From Eledone cirrhosa (taxonomy: Eukaryota), in the NCBI GenBank assembly GCA_964016885.1, contig OZ024741.1, positions 356,500,001 through 356,564,000 on the forward strand: a stretch of 64,000 nt of DNA, read 5' to 3'. The notes beneath the pieces were generated by a model that was given only the letters and a program-made list of their open reading frames with translations, was not told where the DNA came from and did not search any database. A program made the position numbers and the translations under genes. This document shows, one piece after another, positions 26,188-39,091 of this stretch (positions within the stretch are counted from its first letter, which is position 1; each line of letters opens with the position of its first letter).

Positions 26188-26427
26188 ATATGTATTAGGT
26201 TGTAAAATGTCTCCCAGAGCAAGAAATCTCTTTTAAACATTGTAGTTTGTTATATATCTACTACAGAATGAAAACACCTTTCAAACAATATGGGTTTCAA
26301 TACATAAACAGAGCAGAAAAATCTTTCTTCACACATGATGTAAAAAAAGAAAATATTACTTTCCATGTTTCTATATTCTGAGTTCTATATTCTATATTCT
26401 ATCCAATGTGTGTGTGAGAGAGAGAGA

Positions 26428-26472
<45 letters not shown>

Positions 26473-26659
26473 ACTAAGTACCATTCCTGTTTTTATAGTG
26501 GATTAAATCAATTATACCTCTGCCCTACAAATTTCCGATTTTGCATCAATGTAATGAATATAATGAAAAGAACAATCAATATTATTTTGAATAACAACAT
26601 TGGAAAGGTTGAAGTCTTTAGAAAGCCTCACTAAACACATTGCAGTATTTAAATTCCTT

Positions 26660-27150
26660 CAATGCAGGTAAAGGTCAAACATCTCTTTTGGATGAGTTGA
26701 CCTAAGCCTTGTGAGTGAAATTAAGGTAGACAGAGACTGTATGGAATCCTGTCAGATGGATTGTGTTGCATTTGAAAGATCTAGCCTTCTCAAATGTTGT
26801 ATCAGGTTGATTTGGCTTCAGAACTACATTAACCCTTTAGCATTTAAACTGGCCATATCAAGCCAGGATTCTCTCACCTCTTTCAGTTCAAACTGGCCGT
26901 GATCAGCCTCTCATACTTATGTTAAGGTATTGTACTCAAAATAAATACTATCAAAATCTCATAGCTTCGATATTATGGGAGATAATTATGTGAAATAAAG
27001 TGTTTATTGTGAAAATACAATTATATGTATAGAATAATGTAAATACTAAAAGGTTAAGGTATACATGTGTCTGATGAATACCTAACCATTTCCATGTTAA
27101 TTCATAAGTTAAATGTTCTGAATGGTCATGATTCTAATTGACGGAGGACC
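26660..27150 (+). mobile_element. SINE family C split by a family B TTAA MITE (26829-27057)
   Basis: Flanks align with 3020-3270 and the reverse complement of 54230-54560; insert TTAA|CCCTTTAGCATTT...AAATACTAAAAGG|TTAA. Confidence 0.7.
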
Positions 27151-27224
27151 CATCACTATCATTATCATCATCCAAAGTCGAAAAATAACATTATATATAT
27201 ATATAATAACTAATATATATTAAT

Positions 27225-27420
27225 AATGAAAATAATTGTGTACAGTGCTCAGGTACACTACAGCTCATCAAAGGTGCATATATAGTACACAGAATAATGT
27301 ACAAAAGTCACGAGAGGGAACAGTCATGATATACACACATGCGTATGTATGGAGGGGGAATATCAGGTGTAGTGTTAGCGAATTTCGGGAATCATGGAAG
27401 TTTTGAAGGATGCAATATGA
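27225..27420 (-). mobile_element. Probable 3' end of a non-LTR retrotransposon with (ATT)n-like tail
   Basis: Minus strand ends ...CCTGAGCACTGTACACAATTATT; GC-richer than the flanks; family not identified. Confidence 0.4.
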
Positions 27421-28245
27421 AAGGAACAATGAATAACAAAACTTTATATTTACCAACATATCAACGAGGGTGCTTGGTTGGGGGTGGAGTGCGGTGGGGT
27501 CGGGGTGGAGTGGCTGTTATGAAGATGTGGTTTTAAGACAATTTCCTCACTAAAGCCATGTAGATTATTATGGTGGACTCTGTTTTCTACATGAGATGGC
27601 GAATTGACAGAGTTGTTAGAATGCTGCATAGAATGCTTTACTGTATTTGTTTTGGTTCTCTGTACTCTGAGTTCAAATCCTGTTGAGGTAAATTTTATCT
27701 GTCATCTTTTTGAGCTTGATAAAAAAAAGATACTAGTCATGTGCTTGGGTTGATTCTTCCTCTATACCTCTTTCTTGCTTCTTTCCTAACTTTCTCTTTT
27801 TTCTTCTCTGAAAGAAATCAACTATATTGAGACCTGGAGAAGGATGGGCTCCACCACGACTTACAGGCCCATACATACAATACCTATGAATTTATCAATT
27901 ATTTCAAGAACTATGAAATTCTGAGAAAAATATAGAAGGATGATTGAAATTATTTTTAATATTTTGATGATTATTATATGAAGAAAAAATTTGTTATTCC
28001 AGAATTCAGAAATGATGCAAGTCCTTTAGCCAGGATTATGGGGCCCACAGTCATAACACTAGCATCGGTAAGTTTGCCTTAGATAAGTGCTGTCTGCTAC
28101 TGTATGGCTGCATTAGTCACAAGTTGCATGCTACTAATAAAGTTGCCAGAAATTTAGTCTTTTATACTAAGGTGGTCATATAATATATAATACATACATA
28201 CACATATATATATATGTATAATATATATATATATATATTATACAT

Positions 28246-28299
<54 letters not shown>

Positions 28300-28659
28300 A
28301 TATATTTGTATATATATATGATGTATATATATATATATATGTATATGTATATATATGTATTTATATGTGTGTATATATGTATATATATATATATATACAT
28401 ATATACACATATAAACATATATATATATATGTTTATATATATGTATGTGTATATATGTTTGTATATGTGTATATATGTGTGTATAAATCTACATGCATAT
28501 GTGTGTGTATATGTGTTTGATACAACTATATAGCTACTTCCTACTTGTGTTATGTATATTTATATATATATATGATGATGATGATGATATATATATATAT
28601 ATTGGGACCCACTCACCTTTGAAATAGCGTGAGCTCAGCCATCTATATATGTGTATGCA

Positions 28660-28748
<89 letters not shown>

Positions 28749-28803
28749 GTGAGGTTTTTTTTACAAAATGAAAAATAACCGAGGTGTCCTACACGAGTGA
28801 AAG

Positions 28804-29215
28804 TATAAAGAAAAAAAGATGAAATCGAAAATGCAACTGGAGTCTTATTTAAAAAAAAATATATATATTTATTTGGTTCCTTTACCAGTTTCGCAGTTCT
28901 TCTGCTTTTCAAAAGGTGAGTTGAGATGGAGGGTCTGTGGTTTTTCTCACATCTGGTTGGTCTCTGAATGTTACTTGTTTTATATGGAAAAAGTGGCTCG
29001 AAATGCCAGGTTTTTCGAGAAGTAATTTGATTGGTTGGTCAATAATTTAATTACTTCTCGAAAAACCTGGCATTTCGAGCCACTTTTTCCATATAAAACA
29101 AGTAACATTCAGAGACCAACCAGATGTGAGAAAAACCACAGACCCTCCATCTCAACTCTACTTTTGAAAAGCAGAAGAACTATATATTTTCGATTTCATC
29201 TTTTTTTCTTTATAT
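28804..29215. repeat. Long nested inverted repeat (~130-bp inner arms, ~28-bp outer arms)
   Basis: 28895-29027 is the near-perfect reverse complement of 29049-29181; 28804-28832 pairs with 29186-29214. Confidence 0.92.
28879..28916 (-). ncRNA. Minimal type I hammerhead, U3-A8 core variant
   Basis: CCTT-TTGAAAA-GCAG-AAGAA-CTGC-GAAA-CTGG-TA-AAGG. Confidence 0.65.
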
Positions 29216-29394
29216 ATATATATGTATATATTTCTTGAACCAATACGTGCATATATATATGTGTGCATGTATGTATATATATACATACTACTGTACGTCT
29301 GTATACATATATGTATGTACGTATATATACATACTTACATTTAAGTAAGTGGCGTACTAAGAGTGAGAAATGAAATTTTGTTTCATTCTATTCC

Positions 29395-29456
<62 letters not shown>

Positions 29457-29987
29457 CAGAAGTAGGAAGTAGCTATAATATACATACATGTATCTATATA
29501 TGTATTATGTATCTATGTTTATATATATATATATATTCATATATATATATCTTTTTGTACACACACTCTGTGTGTGAGTATGTATGTATAATTTATATTA
29601 TATGTATATGTAGGCATATACATGCACACACACATGCATATGTATATATGTAGGTGTGTGTGTGCATGTATATCTATAGTACTTTGCTGCTGAATAATGG
29701 TCTTACTAATTTAAAACAGGTAAAATCCTAATATATACCTAACTCGTCCCATGGACTGAGTGCTCTACCACTACGGATATTACCTTCCAGTGTTCTACCA
29801 CTATATATATATATATATGTATATATGTATATATGTATATATATATATGTATATATGTATATATATATATATATATACGTATATATATGTATATATAGCT
29901 ATATATATATATGTGTATGTATATATATATGTATATATATGTGTGTATATATATATGTGTATATATATATATATGTATATATATGTG

Positions 29988-30018
<31 letters not shown>

Positions 30019-30109
30019 GTATATATATATGTGTATATATATATATGTATATATATGTGTATATATATATGTTCATATATATGTATATATATATATGTAT
30101 ATATATATG

Positions 30110-30142
<33 letters not shown>

Positions 30143-30219
30143 GTATATATATATGTATATATATATATGTAAATATATATGTATATATATATGTATATAT
30201 ATATATATATGTATGTATA

Positions 30220-30271
<52 letters not shown>

Positions 30272-30295
30272 AATATATATGTATATATATATATG

Positions 30296-31912
30296 TAACT
30301 TTGATAACTTTGATAGGTTTCGGCCAGTATTGGCCCAGGCCATGTCTAACTTAATAGCACCACCTGGCGAAGTCTTACAAATCAGTGTTTGGGCACCATG
30401 GCCCACTCGAGCAGAGAGTTATTGTTTACGGAGGCATATCTGGGTGTAGGAGGCTTATCCGGGATTTCTTGAAGGAATTTATCCAAAGACTTCTTGAACT
30501 TTATGGGGTCTCTTTCTGCTTTGATGTGTTTTGGTGTAATGATAAAGAGTGCAGGGCCAATTGAGGTGAAATAATTGTGCCATATTGTTGTTATGTGATG
30601 CGAGTGGGATTTTTTGTCCTGGGCGGATAGCACGGGGCCCAAGCCTTTGGTGTACACTAAAGATGATGCCAACATCATTTGGGCTAAGCTGATGCAATAT
30701 TTTCCACATCATACAGATAATGTAGCGTTCATGGCGACGTTGAAGAGAATAAAGTTTGAGCTTTTCTAATCGACCCCAATAGTCAAGGTCTGTCATGCCA
30801 ACTATCTTTTTTGTAATTAACCTTTGGAGTGCTTCAACTTTCATAATATTTGTTTCGTGTGGGGTGACCACAGTGGACAAGGTGGGGTCAGGCAAAAGTG
30901 GAGAAGAGAAGGACAACAGTGTGGATATCTCTCGACTGGAAAGTTCTGAGAATCCAGGAACACATTCTGCGGCCATATCAACTTTGCTGTTTATATGAGT
31001 GGCCCAACTTATATTGTTGTCCACAATTACTCCCAGGTCTCTGATGTTATTGGAAGCCACCAGAGTTTCACCCGAAGGTATGGTAGTTTCAGAGCATCCT
31101 TTTTTCCTAAGTGGATTAGTTCAAATTTATCCTCATTCAACAGCATATTATTCATCTCTGCCCATTGGATAACAGCCAGTAGGTCTGACTGAAGGCAAGT
31201 CCGGTCACCTACCTCATTGATGATCCTTTGGAGCTTGGAATCATCTGCGAAGATTCTGATGTTACTGTGTTTGATGATGTCAGTAATGTCATTAATGTAG
31301 ATGATGAAAAGAAGTGGGCCCAACACAGTGCCTTGTGGGATGCCACTGTGGACTTTGGCAGGACTTGATTTTACTCCTTCGACTACAACATACTTGGTTC
31401 TGCCTGTCAGGAAACATTTGATCCACTGTAGTAACCTTCCAGAGACACCAACATTGGATAGTTTTTTCAGTAGAATCTTATGATCAACCCTGTCAAAGGC
31501 CTTGCTGAAATCAAGGTAGATGACATCAGTGTTGGAGCCCTCTCCCAAGGCTCTCAAAACATCGTCAAAGTGATGCAGGAGCTGCGTTAGGCAGTCCCTT
31601 CCATTACGGAACCCATGTTGGCCGGAGTTCAGCAGGCCATTGCTTTCAAGAAAGTGGGTTATTCGTGATCTGACCACCCTCTCAAATACATTGATAATAT
31701 GAGAGGTGAGTGAGATCGGACGGTAGTTCACTGCAAGGGACTTATTTCCCTTTTTGAAGACTGGGACAACGGACTGGGACAGAAAGTTTTCAGGAATATA
31801 TCCAGTGTCCAGTGAGTTCCTCCACAGATTAGCAAGAGGAGTTGCAACTTGGTGTCGACACACCTTCAGGACACAAGCAGGGAACCTGTCGGGGCCTACT
31901 GCTGAATTGTGT
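30296..31912 (-). mobile_element. 5'-truncated CR1-group LINE (RT domain to 3' UTR) inserted in (TA)n
   Basis: [38 protein letters not shown], and C-terminal LDKFL..IPDKP motifs; frameshifts; tail of TCAAAGTTA repeats. Confidence 0.93.
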
Positions 31913-31914
31913 TA

Positions 31915-31955
<41 letters not shown>

Positions 31956-32003
31956 GTATATATATGTATATATATGTATATATATATGTATATATATATA
32001 TAT

Positions 32004-32050
<47 letters not shown>

Positions 32051-32197
32051 ATATATATACATATATGTATATACATATATGTATATATATATACATATAC
32101 ATATATATACATATATGTATATATATATACATATAAATATATATATACATATATGTATGCATATACATATATATATATACATATATGTATATACATA

Positions 32198-32238
<41 letters not shown>

Positions 32239-32741
32239 TTATATACATATATATACATATATATATATATATATGTAATGGACTTCCATTGGCTTCAATG
32301 ATGCATGTTCCAGTAGTTTGATCAACAGGACAACCTGCACAGGATATTAGTAAGCAAATGGTTGAGTATTCTACAGACAAACACACCCTTAATGTAATTC
32401 TTAGGGAAATTTACTATGACAAAATGTGACAAGGCTAGAAGACCTTTGAATTATAGATACAGTCCTCCTGACAGACTTCCAGACTTCCAAGCAGTTTCCA
32501 TCTACCCAATTTCAATCACAAGATTTGGGTTGAGCCAAAGCAATGATAAATGGCACTTGTTTAAGGTGTCATACAGTAGAATTGAACTCTGGACCTTATA
32601 ATTGTAAAGCAAACCCTGTAATTATTTAGCCCTTTATCCACATAGGAAATATGGAATGCTTCATGAATTTTTGTGTCATCCTTGTGCAGGTTCATGCTGA
32701 TCTATGTATTATTCCAATTGTAAGCACACACACACTCACTC

Positions 32742-32778
<37 letters not shown>

Positions 32779-32781
<3 letters not shown>

Positions 32782-32938
32782 TGTAAAGTGGACATGTAGG
32801 CGCCACGGAGAAAAGGCACCCAGCACTCACAATGAGGTTGGTGTTAGAAAGGGCATCCAGCTGTAGAAATCAAGCCAGAATCAGTTCCCGTCCCACCCTT
32901 GCAAGCAGGGAAAAGCGGACGTAAAATGATGATGATGA
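32779..32938 (+). mobile_element. Truncated retroposon with RTE family-2 tail
   Basis: GGCATCCAGCTGTAGAAA module joined to CCGTCCCACCCTTGCAAGCAGGGAAAAGCGGACG and (GAT)n; TA tracts on both sides. Confidence 0.85.
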
Positions 32939-32961
32939 TACACATATATGTATATATATAC

Positions 32962-33057
<96 letters not shown>

Positions 33058-33195
33058 ATACTTTGGGAGGGTCATGTTGCCAATAAGAAACACACGCACC
33101 AGTTGCTTTCACTTCAATTTATTATAAATTTTATAAATTTTATAAATATAAATTTTATAAATTTCCGGTTGGTTGGTTCCACAAATTCAGAAACG

Positions 33196-33267
<72 letters not shown>

Positions 33268-33470
33268 CATTAAGGATACTATTTATGGTTATGTATATAC
33301 TAAAACTTTTTATAGTTATATATATTTTAAACCCTAAACAGTGAAAGACAGTAATTTATTACTACCTTATTACCAGTAAGATAAATAGCTCAATGTAATA
33401 ACATCAGTTGTTCTACAGAGCAGTTATATAGAAATCACATGAATCAAAGTTCTGTTTAAACCATTTATTA

Positions 33471-33515
33471 GCTTACAATTGTTTCGTCCAAACCAAGGTT
33501 TGGAGTCTTCGGAGC
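33471..33515 (-). ncRNA. Type I hammerhead motif with one core change (CCGAAGA)
   Basis: GCT-CCGAAGA-C-TCCAAAC-CTTG-GTTTGGA-C-GAAA-CAATTG-TA-AGC. Confidence 0.6.
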
Positions 33516-34385
33516 AATTTTTCAATGATTATTTACATACATAACCTCCTTTCCAACACAAGAGACATACAGAAACATATGTATATATCGATGCACAGTG
33601 GGGTGACATCCATTATAATATTTTAGCATGGCAATTTACATTCAAAAATTAAAATCATATTAAATGAAAATTAAAACAAAATTAAAGTTAAAATAAAATA
33701 CAACATCGGCAGTTTACGAAGATAATGCAAGAGGATAGTTTGAAGTAGTAAGTGTATGCAATAGTTACACGTGGGGCATGCACGTGTGTCTTATTTATAT
33801 AAGATAATTGTGCGGCAAGGTGTTATATGCAATACAAGCACTTTAAGGGGTCAATCAAGAGTATTATGGGGGTTGTATTAACATTGCAGTGTTAATAAAT
33901 GCATTATATAGCCTTTAGGTGTAGATTAATAAACACTTGTGTAAGCAGGATTGAGCACTCAACATAGTATAGATCTACCTTTATGATATTATCACGTAGG
34001 TGAGTGTATGATGTTATGTTGGTATAATAATTGATTCTAATATAGGCACAAGGCCAGCAATTTAAGGGGCGGGGAATGTCAATTGCATAGTTGGTATTTT
34101 ATTTTATCGACCCTGCAAGGATGAAAGGCAAATTTAACCTTGGTGAGATTTGAACTCAGAACATAAAAGGGCATAACTCTATGCTGCAAAGCATGTTGTC
34201 TGACACTCTACTGATACTGCCAATCCACCAACCTTAGCTGAATGCTGAAGAAATAGCACCCAAGCCCACCAGCTGGTATATCAGATCAGAACTTACATCA
34301 CTAATGTTAATTTATGCACATAAGGAGCTGTCTGATGAGATTGTATCTGAGTACTACATACCATATACTATTGAACTACATATAA

Positions 34386-34525
<140 letters not shown>

Positions 34526-35169
34526 ATGTATGTGTATGGGATATTTATGTATTAAAAAGTTCAAATATAAAAAAATTGTTGGAAATATTTTCAAGGGAAC
34601 AAATGAATAACATGAATAACACTAATGATGATATAGTAAAACAAAAAAACAATATTCCATTGCATAATAATCACTCCAGATATTTTAGCACCTTATTTAC
34701 ATAGAATTTGAAGTTCATGAAAAGCAGCAAAATATTGACCTCAATTTTTTACCATCAATTTTTTTTGTCACATATTTCTCGGCTTATATACAAGTAGTAA
34801 GTACTGTGGTTGATATAACCAAATTTCTTCTTCCCCCAAAATTTGTTGGCCTTTTGCCTAATTTAGAAACTATTATTAAATCTCTCCACATTTTGGATTA
34901 TTTTCAAAATTATTTGAAAATCATAGGCAGTCTTTTCATTAGAAATATAGTAATGAAAATGTTTATATTTGCATCACTTGAATAAGCTTCTATAAGTTCA
35001 TATAACTTTATAGAAAGTTATACCATTTAATAACCTTTACAGTGAAGAGTTATGTTTCTAACAAACACATGCCATATTTCACACCATTCTCTCATCCTCT
35101 TTCTAAGTTAACTCTCACTTCATTCATTTTTTTTCTTCTAAAGTTGACCAACACTCTGTAAACAAAACA

Positions 35170-35248
<79 letters not shown>

Positions 35249-35492
35249 TGACTATTTCTCTTTTAGTTTTATCTCTTTTTTGGATTGCTCCTCTTGTTTC
35301 CCATCTTTTTCTTTTCTTTTTCTTTTCTTAGTCTTTCTCCACTCATTGATATCTCCCATTCAATACCTTACACTAAAATGTTCCTTATGAATGCTAATAT
35401 TTACACAGTAAGATCTTACATACGTAATATAGTGAGTTGAAAAACTTTAATCAACTGAGATTATTTAAATAATTAAAAGATAAAAATTCCAT

Positions 35493-35720
35493 TTAACCCT
35501 TTAGAATTTACATTACTCTATATTTACTATTGTATTTTCACAGTAAAGGCTTTATCTCACATAATTATCTCACATAATATTGAATCTATGAGATTTTGAT
35601 ATTATTTATTTTGAGAATACTACCTTACTGTTAGTATGAGTGGCTGGTTATGGCTGGTAAGAACAAAAAGAGTGAGAAAATTCTGGCTGGATATGGCCGG
35701 TTTAAATGCTAAAGGGTTAA
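35493..35720. mobile_element. TTAA-flanked MITE family B (reverse orientation)
   Basis: TTAA|CCCTTTAGAATTT...AAATGCTAAAGGG|TTAA; body is the reverse complement of 26829-27057. Confidence 0.8.
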
Positions 35721-35779
35721 GGTGTATGTGTGAGTTTAAAATATAAAAACAACAATCAAAAGAGATAACTCCAATAAGA

Positions 35780-36810
35780 TCTGTTGAAGATGAATATCGG
35801 AAAGAGAAAGTGGCAATGCATGTTAAAAGAATAGGAAGATCGCTGTCCATTGTGCAGGAAGGGTGTTGTAGAGAACCCCATTAAATGTATGATATGCACT
35901 TGGTAAGTACATAGAGTAATGGAGTTGTATGAAGGGATTATTGAATAATGTGGCAGCTACATTTATGTGTAAAGTGTGTATGGAGGGAGCTACAAATGGA
36001 GAGGATGTTGAGATAGATCTTGGGAATAGTGTGAAGATGGAAGATGTAAAACATTTTATTACATAGGAGACATGTTGAATGGAGAAGATTGATCACACCA
36101 GGTGACAGTAGCTAGAGCGAGATGTGCATAGGAGAATATTTGGGAACTGAATGGTGTGCTAATAAAGAGGGGAGTGTTGCTGAAACTGAAGGGAAAGGTG
36201 TAGGCTGCATGTATGAGAAGTGTCATGATTTATGGGAGTGAGACATGAGTGATGAACATGGAGCAATAGAGAAGCCTGGAAAGAATGGAAATGGGAATAG
36301 TTTGGTGAATGAGTGAAGTTTTGCCAAGAGAAGCAGACAAATAATAAATTGTAGAGGGGCTGGGAACAGAACCAGTGATAAATATTAGAATATTTAGGCC
36401 CATGATTGAACTTGAGTTTTTAAAAATAAAATCTCTTTCTAACATCTAAATCACCAAACAATACTCATATGATTTTATCACTGCTTCATCACCGAACACA
36501 ATATTTCACAATACATATTGTTCCTACCATACTCATGGTGATGAATGTTGTGAAGAGAAATAGAATGAGATAATTGGGTCATATGTTGAGGTAGAATGAA
36601 AGTGACTGAATGACAGGAGTGATGGAAATGAATTGAGAAGGATGTAGAGGAAGGAGAAGACCAAGAAAGACATTGCTTAAGATGATGATGGAGGAAGAAA
36701 TCACAGCCAATGGGTTGGTGAAGAAGGTGCGGAGGATAATGCAAAATGGAGAAGCTTGTCATAACTAACCACTGCTTTAATAGAGGAAATAACCATAAAA
36801 CACTTGTAGT
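35780..36810 (+). mobile_element. Old degenerate RTE-like LINE with PHD-like finger relic; unrelated insert at ~36390-36540
   Basis: CPLCRKGV, IYGSET and GRRGRPRKT-like codons. Confidence 0.65.
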
Positions 36811-37267
36811 TGTTAATGCTGTTCTTGTTGTAGTGTTGCTGATTATGAATATCAACAATATGGCAGAAGGAAAATTCCTCAGGGTAATGTTCAACAAATT
36901 AAATTTTAATATGGTAGTGTCTCACATATACAATATTGTGAGTTGAAAAACCTAGATCAACTAACATTATCCAAGCAAATAGTAGACAAAAACACCCCTA
37001 GAGGTGTCTAAAACCTAAAAACAAAGAATATGAGAGATAATTTCAGTGAGATTAGTTGACCCAAAATTTTGGGGAGCAATATAGGTAAAACAAATTGGAG
37101 TGGATTGGGTCTTTAAAAGAACAACTGGCAAACACAATACATATGTTTTGGTTTTAGAACAAATTATAAAAATTCAAATATTGTGTAACTTAACAAATTA
37201 CATGTATATGTGTAGAAGTATGTTCTAATTTATATTTTTGTTTTATCTCTAGATGATATATATATAT

Positions 37268-39055
37268 CATCATCATCATCATCATCATCATCAAGGTTTA
37301 GCGTCCGTATTCCACGCTTGCATGGGTTTGGACGGGGGTTTTCCCACTTGAGGCAAGAGTGGTTGTCTTGCTCGCATAGGACTGTCTGGCGGGTTTTCTA
37401 CAGCTGGATGCCCTTCCTAACACCAACCACATTTACAGTGTGGGGCTGGGAGGTTTTTACCGTGTTGCCTACACGGCCACATTACAGCGTGGACTGTCTG
37501 GCGGGTTTTCTACAGCTGGATGCCCTTCCTAACACCAACCACATTTACAGTGTGGGGCTGGGAGGTTTTTACCGTGTTGCATACACGGCCACATTTACAG
37601 CGTGGACTGTGTGTTTTTTTGTCGTGACACCTACACGATCTCATTTGTTTCGGCCTGCATGTTGTGGCACCAACATAACTTTACATTGAAAGGGGCGGTG
37701 TGGATGGGGTGGGGGTGGTGGGACGGGGGATGTGTTTTGATAGAGATGCCTACTGACTGTAGTAGGTTTTACTTTGTATTTAGGTAAGGCGGGTCTTCTC
37801 TATTACCGAGTACCGCCAAAGGTCTCGGTCCAGTGACATTGTCTTGGAGAGGTGTAAGCGTGTGAGGTCGGAATTTATCATGTCGTCCCAGGTTTTTCTG
37901 GGTCTGCCTACTCCATGGCTACCGTCTATCTTTATTGCCCTGCACTTTGTTATACAGCTGTCGTCTTTCATGCGCATCACGTGACCATACCAACGTAGCC
38001 TTCTCTCGAGTAAACAACATCTGATCCCTCTTATTTCTAATTTTTTCCTTAGTTCGTTTATGCTTAGCCGTTCACGTATATTACTATTGCACATCCAGCG
38101 GAGCATGCAAACTTCGTTCCTCTCTAGTCTGCGTATATCCTCTGCACACAATGCCCAGGTCTCACTGCCATGCAGCATTGCTGTTCGTATGCAGGCATCG
38201 TATAACCTGCCTTTCATTTTTAGGGAGAACCCTTTAGCGGCTAATAAGCTCTCTGAACTTTTTCCATCCAGTTCTGACTCTAGCTACTGTACTTTCAGAG
38301 CACCCTCTCCCACTGCTGATTTTGTCACCCAGGTAACGGAAGCTGTCCACTATTTCTATAGAACCCTCTGCGCAATTGAAAGAGCTAGTATTTTGTGGGC
38401 ACTTGCTGCTACTTATTGCACCAGAGCACCGGCCACATGTAAAATCTATGTTCTTAGTTAGCTTACCTGTGATCCCACTACATCTTTTATGCACCCATAC
38501 TTTGCATTTGGGACATAAAATGGAGTTTCTACCTACGCCTTTCCTACACACTGAGCATGGCCATTTCTCGGAAGGGACCGCCGCCTTATTTTCTTTCCTA
38601 CAAACTAGAACTTTAGTCTTAGCCAGGTTAATTTTAAGGCCTTTTGATTCTAGGCCGTGCTTCCATGTTTGGAATTTCTTCTCTAGTTCGGTCATTGATT
38701 CAGCTATGAGCGTTAGATCATCTGCGTATAGGAGTTCCCATGGGCAGCCGGTCTTGAACTCCTCTGTTATAGCCTGAAGGGCAATAATAAATAGTAGGGG
38801 GCTGAGAACAGAGCCCTGATGGACGCCAACTTTTACGCTAAACTCTTCACTATATTCGTTGTTAATTCTAACCTTGCTGGCTGTTTCTTTATACATGGCT
38901 TGTATAGCTCTCACAAGCCATTCGTCAACACCTAGTTTTCTAAGAGCCCACCAGATAATGGAACGGGGGACTCTGTCGAAGGCTTTCTCCAAGTCAACAA
39001 AAGCTAAGTATAGGGGGTTTACTTTTAGCTAGGTACTTCTCCTGTAGTTGTCGTA

Positions 39056-39060
<5 letters not shown>
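37268..39060 (-). mobile_element. 5'-truncated RTE-clade LINE (family 1): RT, PHD-like finger, thumb, ~510-bp 3' UTR, (GAT)n tail
   Basis: [42 protein letters not shown] and GRPRKTW motifs; 8-bp deletion frameshift near 38245; (TA)n on both sides. Confidence 0.95.

Positions 39061-39091
<31 letters not shown>

Larger units (their letters stand above)
24590..26330. repeat. Degenerate ~44-bp satellite interrupted by SINEs and a MITE; last block inverted
   Basis: Unit approx GGTTTCCTGCTCTAGAAGATATATTACAACCTTCAATGTTTGAAGGA, clearest at 25240-25810; reverse-oriented units at 26190-26330. Confidence 0.7.

Noticed and set aside
29760-30300. YI-repeat ORFs here and at many other TA tracts
   Set aside because: Microsatellite translation artefacts
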